From Clostridia bacterium (GTDB lineage: Bacteria > Bacillota > Clostridia > CAKSNL01 > HGM11501), in contig JAZQAZ010000008.1 of assembly GCA_045545475.1 (NCBI GenBank), positions 32,001-96,000 of the forward strand: DNA of 64,000 bases, given 5' to 3'. The notes beneath the pieces are model-generated. The model saw only the letters and a program-made list of their open reading frames with translations, had not been told where the DNA came from and did no database searches. The position numbers were made by a program, and so were the translations under genes. Shown piece by piece: positions 29,338-37,163 of this stretch. Position 1 is the stretch's first letter. Each line of letters starts with the position of its first letter.

Positions 29338-30160
29338 TAACACATTTTGATTTAACATCACCGTCAAGGATGATTTCGCCGTAGGAATCGGCACTTATTA
29401 GTCCTGAAAGAGGGTTCTTCACACTTTCGACGTTTCCCTTTATAGTTGCATTAACGTGGCTACGTTCAAATGAAAGGTCACATCCTGTCATTTCGCAATC
29501 TTCTAATATAAGTCCTTTTGCATAGCAAAGGGGCTGTGTGCCTTCTATGCGGCAACGGATAAGGTGAAGGTTTTCTGAATACCAACCAAGATATTCTCCT
29601 TTTATAACACTGTCTTCTACTGTTACGTTCTTTGCATGCCAGAAAGCATCTTTCGTATCAAGAACGGAATTTTTTACAGTGACATTTTTTACATACTGGA
29701 ATGAGTACTTTCCTTTAAGAGAAAAGTTTTTAAAAGTCAAATCACGACTTTGAAAAAACGGATATTCCCCTTTAAGAAAGGTATCGGTTAAAGAAACGCT
29801 TTTGCACATCCATCCGAATTCGGAAGAGATGATTTGAGAGGATATGACGGAAATATTTCTGCACTCTCTTAAAGCTTTGACTCCTGAAATTTTGCAGTTT
29901 TGGACATTGAGTTTTTTTGAATACCATAATGGAGCACGACAGGTTTCTTTCATTTCGGAATTTTTGATTTCTGCACCTGTAACGTGCCATAGAGGATAAC
30001 GAAGAGCAAAGGTACAATTATCGACAACAATGTTTCTGCATTCCTTGAGGGCAGATTCTCCATCGGAAGGGCCATCAAATATACATTCACTTACTTTAAT
30101 GTTTTTAGTTCCGTATAATGATCTTTCTTCGTCTAATACTAATTTTTCAACTGACTTCAT
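29330..30160 (-). CDS. DUF3737-family beta-helix protein
   Basis: ERSLY, DGESALKE, LRYPLWH, TKDAFWH, GEYLGW, GTQPLCY. Confidence 0.85.
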   Translation of the reverse strand: MKSVEKLVLDEERSLYGTKNIKVSECIFDGPSDGESALKECRNIVVDNCTFALRYPLWHVTGAEIKNSEMKETCRAPLWYSKKLNVQNCKISGVKALRECRNISVISSQIISSEFGWMCKSVSLTDTFLKGEYPFFQSRDLTFKNFSLKGKYSFQYVKNVTVKNSVLDTKDAFWHAKNVTVEDSVIKGEYLGWYSENLHLIRCRIEGTQPLCYAKGLILEDCEMTGCDLSFERSHVNATIKGNVESVKNPLSGLISADSYGEIILDGDVKSKCVIK

Positions 30161-30189
30161 AATTAAACCGCCTTATATGTAGTGAATTT

Positions 30190-30254
30190 ATTATACTCTA
30201 TAGTAAAAAATCTGTCAATATTCAATTGACAGAAGGATTTTAATGTGATAAAAT
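30190..30254. promoter_or_regulatory. Back-to-back sigma-A promoters for DUF3737 (minus) and csoR-copA (plus)
   Basis: Minus strand TTGACA(30218-30213)-17-TATAAT; plus strand TTGACA(30226)-17-TAAAAT(30249). Confidence 0.75.
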
Positions 30255-30272
30255 ATACCCACCCGGGGTATA
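30254..30272. promoter_or_regulatory. CsoR operator
   Basis: TATACCC-acccg-GGGTATA, the C/G-tract pseudo-palindrome typical of CsoR sites, directly downstream of the -10 box. Confidence 0.8.
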
Positions 30273-30289
30273 ATGACGGAGGTGTAAAT

Positions 30290-30586
30290 ATGCATGATTG
30301 TTGTAAGAAAACAAAAATAAGAACAGAGGAAGAATATAAAAGTCTTATAAATCGTTTGAACAGAATCGAAGGGCAGATAAGAGGTATAAGGAAAATGGTG
30401 GAGTCTGATGCTTATTGTGTAGATATTTTGACTCAGGTTTCTGCAGTCAGTTCCGCTCTTCATGGCTTTAACAAAGAAATATTGGAAAGCCACATAAAAA
30501 GCTGTGTGACAGAAGATATTAAAGCAGGCAAGGAAGAAGAAACAGTTTCTGAGCTTCTTGTGACGCTCAGAAAGCTTATGAAATGA
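30290..30586 (+). CDS. csoR: Copper-sensing transcriptional repressor CsoR
   Basis: RLNRIEGQIRGI, YCVDILTQ, HIKSCV (Cys-His-Cys ligands); ATG at 30290 after ggaggtg. Confidence 0.92.
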   Translation: MHDCCKKTKIRTEEEYKSLINRLNRIEGQIRGIRKMVESDAYCVDILTQVSAVSSALHGFNKEILESHIKSCVTEDIKAGKEEETVSELLVTLRKLMK

Positions 30587-30594
30587 GGCGTATT

Positions 30595-33069
30595 ATGAAA
30601 CAGTTTAATGTTACGGGAATGAGCTGTGCAGCTTGCTCTGCGAGGGTCGAAAAGGCGGTATCAAAGGTTGAAGGAGTCACTCTGTGTTCTGTCAACCTTT
30701 TAACCAATTCTATGATGGTTGAAGGCACGGCGGATGACAGGATAATAATTTCTGCTGTAGAAGAAGCAGGATACGGTGCATCTGTAAAGGGAGCAACCAA
30801 AAAAACTGAAACAATTAAGGATGACACAGAAGAAAAAAATCTTAAATTAAGACTTATATCATCTTTGGTCTTTTTGATTGTTTTGATGTACATTTCCATG
30901 GGGCACGTTATGTGGGAATGGCCGTTGCCAAACTTTTTATCAAAAAATCCAATGAACATCGCGCTTATACAGCTTGTTTTGGCAACTGTTATAATGGTTA
31001 TAAATCAAAAGTTTTTTAAGAACGGATTTAAGGGACTTGTAAAAAAAGCACCTAATATGGATACTTTGGTATCTTTAGGTTCTGCTGCATCGTTTGTATA
31101 TAGTATGTATGCACTTTTCGCTATGTCGGATGCGATGCTTAACGGGGATATTAATCATGCTGAGCATTTCCTTCATGAATTGTACTTTGAATCAGCGGCA
31201 ATGATTTTAACACTTATTACCGTGGGTAAAATGTTGGAAGCAAGAAGTAAGGGGAAAACCACAGATGCCATTGAAAGTCTTATAAGGTTGACGCCTAAGA
31301 CTGCGAGTGTTATAAGAGACGGAAAAGAAATTATAATCGAAGCATCGGAAATGTTTGTTGGAGATGTCTTTGCAGTTAAACCCGGCGAAAGTATTCCGGC
31401 CGACGGAATAGTTATTGAGGGAAGCAGTTCTGTAAATGAATCAGCTCTTACTGGAGAAAGCGTTCCTGCTGATAAGAAGGAGGGCGACAAGGTAACAGCC
31501 GCAACAATAAATCAGGAGGGATTTATTTTGTGTCGTGCCACTAAGGTTGGGGAAGACACAGCCCTCGGAGAAATTATACGACTTGTAAGTGAAGCTTCGG
31601 GATCAAAGGCACCCATTGCAAAAGTGGCAGACAAGGTGTCAGGTTTTTTTGTTCCGGTAGTTATGGCTATTGCGTTACTTACCGTTTTTGTATGGCTTAT
31701 ACTGGGAGAAAGTGCAGGATTTTCTCTTGCAAGAGGAATTTCAGTTCTTGTTATAAGTTGTCCTTGTGCTCTTGGGCTTGCAACACCGGTTGCCATAATG
31801 GTAGGAAGCGGAAGAGGAGCTAAAAGCGGAATTCTGTATAAAAGCGCCGCAGCGTTGGAAGAGGCGGGAAGATGTTCTGTTATTGCCCTTGATAAAACCG
31901 GTACTGTTACAAAAGGTGAAATGAAAGTAACGAATTTAAGTCTTGCAGAAGGAATTGCGGAGGAAGAACTTTTGAAGCTTTCCTATGCTCTTGAGGCAAA
32001 GAGTGAGCATCCGCTGGCAAAAGCCATAGTTAATTTTGCGAAAGAAAAAAGCGTACCTCTTTTGGAGGCGGAAGATTTTTCTGCAGTTTCCGGAAACGGT
32101 CTCACAGGCATAATTGAAGGAAACATGGTGTATGGCGGCAAAGAAGAATTCATAGCTGAAAAAACAAAAATTCCCGAAGATATAAAGAGGAAAGCAGAGC
32201 TTCTTCGTGCGGGAGGAAAAACAGTGATGTTTTTCGCAATTAAAGAAAAGCTTTTAGGTCTTATAGCTGTATCAGATGTAATAAAGGAAGACAGCAAAGA
32301 GGCTATTGAAAAGCTTAAAAAGATGGGACTTTCAGTTGTAATGTTGACGGGGGACAACGAAATCACTGCAAAAAGCATAGCCAAAGAAGCGGGAATTGAT
32401 TATGTTCGTGCAAACCTTCTTCCTGAAGATAAGGAAAAGGCCATAGCGGAGCTTTCTGCGAAAGGAAAGGTTATGATGGTTGGCGACGGCATTAATGATG
32501 CTGTGGCCCTTACAAGAGCTGATATCGGCGTCGCCATCGGCACAGGGACAGACGTGGCAATTGATTCTGCGGATGTGGTTATCATGAAAAGTAGCCTTAA
32601 AGATGTCTGCCGTCTTATTTCTCTGTCCAGAGGTACTCTTAAGAATATTCATGAAAATCTATTTTGGGCATTTTTCTACAATGCTATCGGGATTCCTGTT
32701 GCGGCAGGTGCTTTTGCAGGATTCGGACTTACACTTAATCCGATGCTGGGGGCCCTTGCAATGAGCCTTTCAAGCTTCTGCGTCGTAAGCAACGCCTTAA
32801 GGCTTAATTTCTATGATATTGATAAAATATATTATAAAAGAAAATATAAAAAGGAGGACAAAACCATGGAGAAAACAATGAAAATTGAGGGCATGATGTG
32901 TACTCACTGCTCGGGAAGAGTAAAGAAAGTTTTAGAAGAGCTTCCCGGTGTTAGTGAGGCAATCGTAAGTCACGAGGAAGGAACGGCGATAGTAAAGCTT
33001 TCTTCTGAAGTAACGGATGAAACGTTAAAAAAGACTGTTGAAGACCAGGGCTATAAAGTTATTGGCTGA
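30595..33069 (+). CDS. copA: Cu(I)-translocating P1B-type ATPase with N- and C-terminal HMA domains
   Basis: GMSCAAC, TGES, CPCALGLA, DKTGT, SEHP, GDGINDA, YN..MSLSS; C-terminal GMMCTHC. Confidence 0.93.
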   Translation: MKQFNVTGMSCAACSARVEKAVSKVEGVTLCSVNLLTNSMMVEGTADDRIIISAVEEAGYGASVKGATKKTETIKDDTEEKNLKLRLISSLVFLIVLMYISMGHVMWEWPLPNFLSKNPMNIALIQLVLATVIMVINQKFFKNGFKGLVKKAPNMDTLVSLGSAASFVYSMYALFAMSDAMLNGDINHAEHFLHELYFESAAMILTLITVGKMLEARSKGKTTDAIESLIRLTPKTASVIRDGKEIIIEASEMFVGDVFAVKPGESIPADGIVIEGSSSVNESALTGESVPADKKEGDKVTAATINQEGFILCRATKVGEDTALGEIIRLVSEASGSKAPIAKVADKVSGFFVPVVMAIALLTVFVWLILGESAGFSLARGISVLVISCPCALGLATPVAIMVGSGRGAKSGILYKSAAALEEAGRCSVIALDKTGTVTKGEMKVTNLSLAEGIAEEELLKLSYALEAKSEHPLAKAIVNFAKEKSVPLLEAEDFSAVSGNGLTGIIEGNMVYGGKEEFIAEKTKIPEDIKRKAELLRAGGKTVMFFAIKEKLLGLIAVSDVIKEDSKEAIEKLKKMGLSVVMLTGDNEITAKSIAKEAGIDYVRANLLPEDKEKAIAELSAKGKVMMVGDGINDAVALTRADIGVAIGTGTDVAIDSADVVIMKSSLKDVCRLISLSRGTLKNIHENLFWAFFYNAIGIPVAAGAFAGFGLTLNPMLGALAMSLSSFCVVSNALRLNFYDIDKIYYKRKYKKEDKTMEKTMKIEGMMCTHCSGRVKKVLEELPGVSEAIVSHEEGTAIVKLSSEVTDETLKKTVEDQGYKVIG

Positions 33070-33070
33070 A

Positions 33071-33108
33071 TAAAAAAATCGCATGGCTTTCGCCATGCGA
33101 TTTTTTTA
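33071..33108. terminator. Bidirectional terminator
   Basis: aaaaaaatcgcatggc-tttc-gccatgcgattttttt. Confidence 0.9.
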
Positions 33109-33831
33109 TTTGTTTTTAAGTCTCTTATCGCTCTTTTTTGCAAGATAATTACCGAGAGACTGAAAGGCTATAACAAGGAGGACCAAAAGCACAACGGATA
33201 TATACATTTCGGCATCTCTGTAGCGGTAATAACCATAGTTTATTGCAATTTTTCCGAGACCGCCGCCGCCTATAATACCGCTCATTGCAGAATATCCTAA
33301 AACGGTGGTTATTGCAATTGTAAAGTTAGAAATCAATGACGGTACACTTTCAGGAATCATTACCTTTACAATAATCTGAAAAGGTGTAGCTCCCATACTT
33401 TCAGCAGCTTCAATAATGTTGGGATTGATTTCGCGTAAACTGCTTTCAACAAGTCTTGCAACAAAAGGAAATGCCGCAATTACAAGAGGAACTATCATTG
33501 CAACAGTACCGATTCTGGTGCCTAAAATGAGCTCTGTAAGAGGGAAAGCCATAATCATAAGTATCAAAAACGGGATTGATCTTAAAAGATTGATTACGGT
33601 ATTTATTATGCTCATAAGCCATGAAGGAAGGGGCATAACGCCATTCTTCTCGCCTGCTACGAGCAACACTCCCAAAGGAAGTCCTAAAACAACTGCAAAA
33701 AGTGTGGAAAGCACAGTTACATAAACTGTTTCCCAGATTGCAAAGGGAACTTCGTTTACAGTAACCCATATAGCATCGTGAAGAAGCTTGTTATCAATGG
33801 TTTCTATATAGGCATTTATATTATTGAGCAT
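33106..33831 (-). CDS. metI: Methionine ABC transporter permease
   Basis: WETVY, NLLRSIPFLIL, PFVARLVES, EAAESMGA, GYSAMSGIIGGGGLG. Confidence 0.92.
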   Translation of the reverse strand: MLNNINAYIETIDNKLLHDAIWVTVNEVPFAIWETVYVTVLSTLFAVVLGLPLGVLLVAGEKNGVMPLPSWLMSIINTVINLLRSIPFLILMIMAFPLTELILGTRIGTVAMIVPLVIAAFPFVARLVESSLREINPNIIEAAESMGATPFQIIVKVMIPESVPSLISNFTIAITTVLGYSAMSGIIGGGGLGKIAINYGYYRYRDAEMYISVVLLVLLVIAFQSLGNYLAKKSDKRLKNK

Positions 33832-33833
33832 AA

Positions 33834-34829
33834 TTAAACCTCCTCCACAATGATATTTTCCTGTGATGTTAAATAGTCTTTTACTTTAGCGAAATCAGCA
33901 TCGGCAGGAATGCTTAAGAGGATGCTTCCAAAAGCCTTTTCTCCGATAGCTTTGGTTGAAGCACCCAAGATGTTTGCGGTAACTCCCAAATCAACAGCCA
34001 TATTTGTAATGGCAGGAGAGCTTGCGGCAACAGCACCGTTGTATACAACTCTGAAAATTCTCTGGTTTGTAAGTTCGGGAAGGAGGGTTTCTGCTCCGTC
34101 AGGAAACACAAGTCTTTTTGCGGCTTCAGATTTGGGGTTGGAAAATACATCTGTAACAGTTCCTTCCTCAACGACATATCCGTTGTCAAGTATTGCCACA
34201 CGGTTGCAGATGTCCTCCACAACGCTCATCTGGTGTGTGATTATAATCACTGTGATACCGAGACGCTTATTTATATCCTTTATTAGGGATAAAATTGACT
34301 GTGTGGTTTTGGGATCCAGGGCACTGGTTGCTTCGTCACATAAAAGAACTTCAGGATCTGTGGCAAGTGCTCTTGCGATGGCGATTCTTTGCATCTGGCC
34401 GCCGGAAAGCTGTGCGGGATATGCATTTGCTTTGTCGGGAAGGCCTACAATTTCAAGAAGTTCCATGGCTCTCTTTTTAGCTTCCGTTTTGTTTACACCG
34501 GAAAGTTCCAGGGGGAAACAGATGTTATTAAGGCAGGTTCTTTGCATTAATAGATTAAAGCTCTGGAAAATCATGGTAACCTTTCTCCGCATTTCACGAA
34601 GTTCAGAAGGCGAAAGCGTAGTTAAGTCACTTCCGTTTATAATTACCTTGCCTTCGCTGGGACGCTCAAGCATATTTATGCATCGTACCAGTGTACTTTT
34701 TCCGGCACCGCTCATGCCGATAATTCCGTAGATATCACCTTTTTCTATATTTAAGCTGATGTCGGTAAGGGCATGGACTTCTCCTCCGGCAGTATTAAAT
34801 GTTTTTGTCAGGTTTTCGATTTTAATCAT
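33834..34829 (-). CDS. metN: Methionine ABC transporter ATP-binding protein
   Basis: GMSGAGKS, LSGGQMQR, LCDEATSALDP, C-terminal NIL domain. Confidence 0.93.
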   Translation of the reverse strand: MIKIENLTKTFNTAGGEVHALTDISLNIEKGDIYGIIGMSGAGKSTLVRCINMLERPSEGKVIINGSDLTTLSPSELREMRRKVTMIFQSFNLLMQRTCLNNICFPLELSGVNKTEAKKRAMELLEIVGLPDKANAYPAQLSGGQMQRIAIARALATDPEVLLCDEATSALDPKTTQSILSLIKDINKRLGITVIIITHQMSVVEDICNRVAILDNGYVVEEGTVTDVFSNPKSEAAKRLVFPDGAETLLPELTNQRIFRVVYNGAVAASSPAITNMAVDLGVTANILGASTKAIGEKAFGSILLSIPADADFAKVKDYLTSQENIIVEEV

Positions 34830-34850
34830 AATTTACTCCTGTACCGTAAT

Positions 34851-34890
34851 TTGAAAATACGCCGGTTGCAAGCAACCGGCGCTTTTTCAA
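34851..34890. terminator. Hairpin between metQ and metN (partial terminator or stabiliser)
   Basis: cgccggttgc-aa-gcaaccggcg flanked by ttgaaaa/tttttcaa. Confidence 0.6.
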
Positions 34891-34899
34891 AGATTTTAA

Positions 34900-35754
34900 T
34901 TATTCAGCTTTGATAGCGTCAAGTGTTGTCTGTTTGCCACCGTAAATACCCATGGGTTCTACGTGTATAGCAGATACTGAAACAACCTCTGTTCCGTTTT
35001 CTGCATTAAAGTCTTCAAGATAGGGAAGATGCTGGAAATAGTTAGCATCAACTTCACCTGAGTTTACAACATTGTTGGGCTGAACATAATCTGTGTATTC
35101 GATTATTTCGAGAGTGATTTCCTTTGCTGCAAGAATATCCTTTGCAATTGTAAGAATTTCAGCATGGGGTGTGGGAGAAGCTGCAACGGAAACGGTAGTG
35201 CCCTTAAGTGCTTCATAATCAATTGATGCATCATAACCGTCTGTTGTGTTTTCGATTGTGCTTACAACTGCACCTTCGTAAGTTTCTGCAATAAAGTCAG
35301 CAACTGCCTGGCTTTCAAGTGCTGCAATTAAAGCCTTGATAACGGGGTTTTCTTCGTTACCTGCCTTAACAGCTAAAATGTTGCTGTATGCAGAAAAAGC
35401 ACCTTCCATAGCAAGTGAATCAGCTACAGGATTCAAATCGGCAGAAATTGCATAGTTTGAATTGATTACTGCATAGTCAACACTGGAAAGAACATTGGGA
35501 AGCTGAGCTGCTTCAACTTCTTTGAACTCAATACCATAAGGATTTTCAACTATATCACGGATAGTAGCTGTGATGCCTGCACCGTCAGCCAATGTGATGT
35601 AGCCGAGTTCTTCAAGGAGAAGGAGAGCACGAGCCTCGTTTGTTGTGTCATTGGGAACTGCGATAGTGATTGCCTTTTCTCCGCAACCTGTAAAGAGAGC
35701 TAAAGATGCAACCAACATTACAAGTGCGAGTGCGATGGATAAAAATCTTTTCAT
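34900..35754 (-). CDS. metQ: MetQ/NlpA-family lipoprotein, circularly permuted
   Basis: Lipobox FTGC; IAVPNDTTNEARAL near the N-terminus and AASPTPHAEIL..DYVQPN..DANYFQH..HVEPMGIY near the C-terminus. Confidence 0.9.
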   Translation of the reverse strand: MKRFLSIALALVMLVASLALFTGCGEKAITIAVPNDTTNEARALLLLEELGYITLADGAGITATIRDIVENPYGIEFKEVEAAQLPNVLSSVDYAVINSNYAISADLNPVADSLAMEGAFSAYSNILAVKAGNEENPVIKALIAALESQAVADFIAETYEGAVVSTIENTTDGYDASIDYEALKGTTVSVAASPTPHAEILTIAKDILAAKEITLEIIEYTDYVQPNNVVNSGEVDANYFQHLPYLEDFNAENGTEVVSVSAIHVEPMGIYGGKQTTLDAIKAE

Positions 35755-35783
35755 TATAATACCTCCTAAAGTATATTAAATTA

Positions 35784-35812
35784 ATGATAGCATTTTTTGC
35801 CTTATTTGTCAA
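35784..35812 (-). promoter_or_regulatory. sigma-A promoter of metQ
   Basis: Minus strand TTGACA-17-TATCAT with TG extension. Confidence 0.65.
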
Positions 35813-35814
35813 GA

Positions 35815-36741
35815 TTAATCGAACATTTCGCTTGAAAGATAACGCTCGCCGGTATCTGGAAGCAAAACAACAATGGTTTTACCATCGTTTTCAGGACGCT
35901 TTGCAAGGGTGAGAGCCGCAAACAAAGCAGCTCCGGAGGATATACCCGATAAAACGCCTTCTTTTTTAGAAAGGAAGTTTCCCATTTCATAAGCCTCTTC
36001 GGTTTTCACGGTTATTACTTCGTCGTAAATGCTTTTGTCAAGTGTATTTGGAATGAAATTTGCACCGATTCCCTGAATTTTATGAGGGCCGGCTTTTCCT
36101 TCTGATAAAAGAGGGGAGTCAGTAGGCTCTACGGCCACTACTTTAATGGTGGGATTTTTTTCCTTAAGGTATCTTCCGGTTCCGCTTAAAGTTCCGCCGG
36201 TACCTACGGCAGAAACAAAGATATCAACTTTACCTTCGGTATCTGTATAAATTTCCGGTCCTGTTGTACGGTAATGAGCATCGGGATTTGCCTTGTTTTC
36301 AAATTGCGAAGGGATAAAACTTCCTTCTATTTCCTTTGCGAGTTCCTCTGCTTTTTCGATGGCACCTTTCATGCCTTTTCCGCCATCGGTAAGATAAAGT
36401 TCTGCCCCGTAGGCTTTTAATAAATTCCGGCGTTCTATACTCATGGTGTCCGGCATGGTTAATATTACTCTGTAGCCTTTAACCGAACCAAGGCAGGCAA
36501 GCCCTACACCAGTGTTTCCGCTGGTGGGTTCAATTATAACTGAACCTTCCTTTAATAAACCTCTTTCCTCGGCATCTTTAATCATTGAAAGAGCAACTCT
36601 GTCCTTTGCACTTCCTGCAGGATTGAATGATTCAAGCTTTGCGAGAACTTTTGATTTAAGGGAATACTCCTTCTCGAGACGAGTAAGCTCCAAAAGAGGC
36701 GTTTTTCCGATTAACCCTTCGATTGTTTGATAAATATTCAT
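35815..36741 (-). CDS. cysK: Cysteine synthase A
   Basis: KLESFNPAGSAKDR, EPTSGNTG, GTGGT, PHKIQGIG, LPDTGERYLS. Confidence 0.95.
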   Translation of the reverse strand: MNIYQTIEGLIGKTPLLELTRLEKEYSLKSKVLAKLESFNPAGSAKDRVALSMIKDAEERGLLKEGSVIIEPTSGNTGVGLACLGSVKGYRVILTMPDTMSIERRNLLKAYGAELYLTDGGKGMKGAIEKAEELAKEIEGSFIPSQFENKANPDAHYRTTGPEIYTDTEGKVDIFVSAVGTGGTLSGTGRYLKEKNPTIKVVAVEPTDSPLLSEGKAGPHKIQGIGANFIPNTLDKSIYDEVITVKTEEAYEMGNFLSKKEGVLSGISSGAALFAALTLAKRPENDGKTIVVLLPDTGERYLSSEMFD

Positions 36742-36772
36742 AAAATTACCTCCTTAAGATGTGTACTTTTAA

Positions 36773-36801
36773 AGTTTATCACTTAAAAATTTCTTTGTCA
36801 A
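36773..36801 (-). promoter_or_regulatory. sigma-A promoter of cysK
   Basis: Minus strand TTGACA-17-TAAACT with TG extension. Confidence 0.65.
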
Positions 36802-36868
36802 TTGCATTTTGTGGCAAAATTGCACAAAGTACATGCCGTTGCAATGGCAATATTGGCAAATATGCCGA

Positions 36869-36897
36869 TTGAAAGGATGACGCAATTATTGTATAAT
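36869..36897 (+). promoter_or_regulatory. sigma-A promoter of the aro operon leader
   Basis: TTGAAA-17-TATAAT. Confidence 0.7.
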
Positions 36898-36926
36898 TAT
36901 ACGAAATATGAAAGGGGATGCCGCAA

Positions 36927-37094
36927 ATGACTAAAATGATGAGAAAATCAGGTAAAAGTGCGGTATCTTTATGCGAAAATGCTGTTAAAGACACTTTTTT
37001 TGAAGTGTCTTTTTTTGCATGCTTCCGATTTTTTTACTACTATTATTTTATGAACAATATGTGCCGAAAAGTTAAAACTGCTGTAATGGTTTAA
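36927..37094 (+). CDS. Putative Phe/Tyr-rich leader peptide (55 aa), not in the ORF track
   Basis: Hand translation MTKMMRKSGKSAVSLCENAVKDTFFEVSFFACFRFFYYYYFMNNMCRKVKTAVMV*; SD-like aaagggg at 36911-36917; 8 Phe and 4 Tyr in 18 codons. Confidence 0.75.
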   Translation: MTKMMRKSGKSAVSLCENAVKDTFFEVSFFACFRFFYYYYFMNNMCRKVKTAVMV

Positions 37095-37145
37095 TTAAAG
37101 TTATTTCAGCGTTTTCGCTTTTCGGCGGAAACGCTTTTATATTTT
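37063..37145 (+). promoter_or_regulatory. Attenuator: alternative antiterminator (37063-37126) and terminator (37108-37145)
   Basis: gccgaaaag (37063-71) is the exact complement of cttttcggc (37118-26); terminator agcgttttcgc/gcggaaacgct followed by tttatatttt. Confidence 0.7.
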
Positions 37146-37163
37146 CTGAAAGGTTTTGATACG

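Noticed and set aside
33910-34731. 273-aa plus-strand ORF
   Set aside because: Antisense shadow of metN; no RBS or recognisable motifs
36811-36868. Possible sigma-54 promoter (TGGCA...TTGC)
   Set aside because: The GG to GC spacing does not fit -24/-12 on either strand
36779-36994. 71-aa minus-strand ORF upstream of cysK
   Set aside because: Runs across both divergent promoters and antisense to the leader ORF; no RBS or family motif
36900-37163. T-box riboswitch upstream of pheA
   Set aside because: No UGGnACC antiterminator bulge or recognisable stem I motifs; a leader-peptide model fits better
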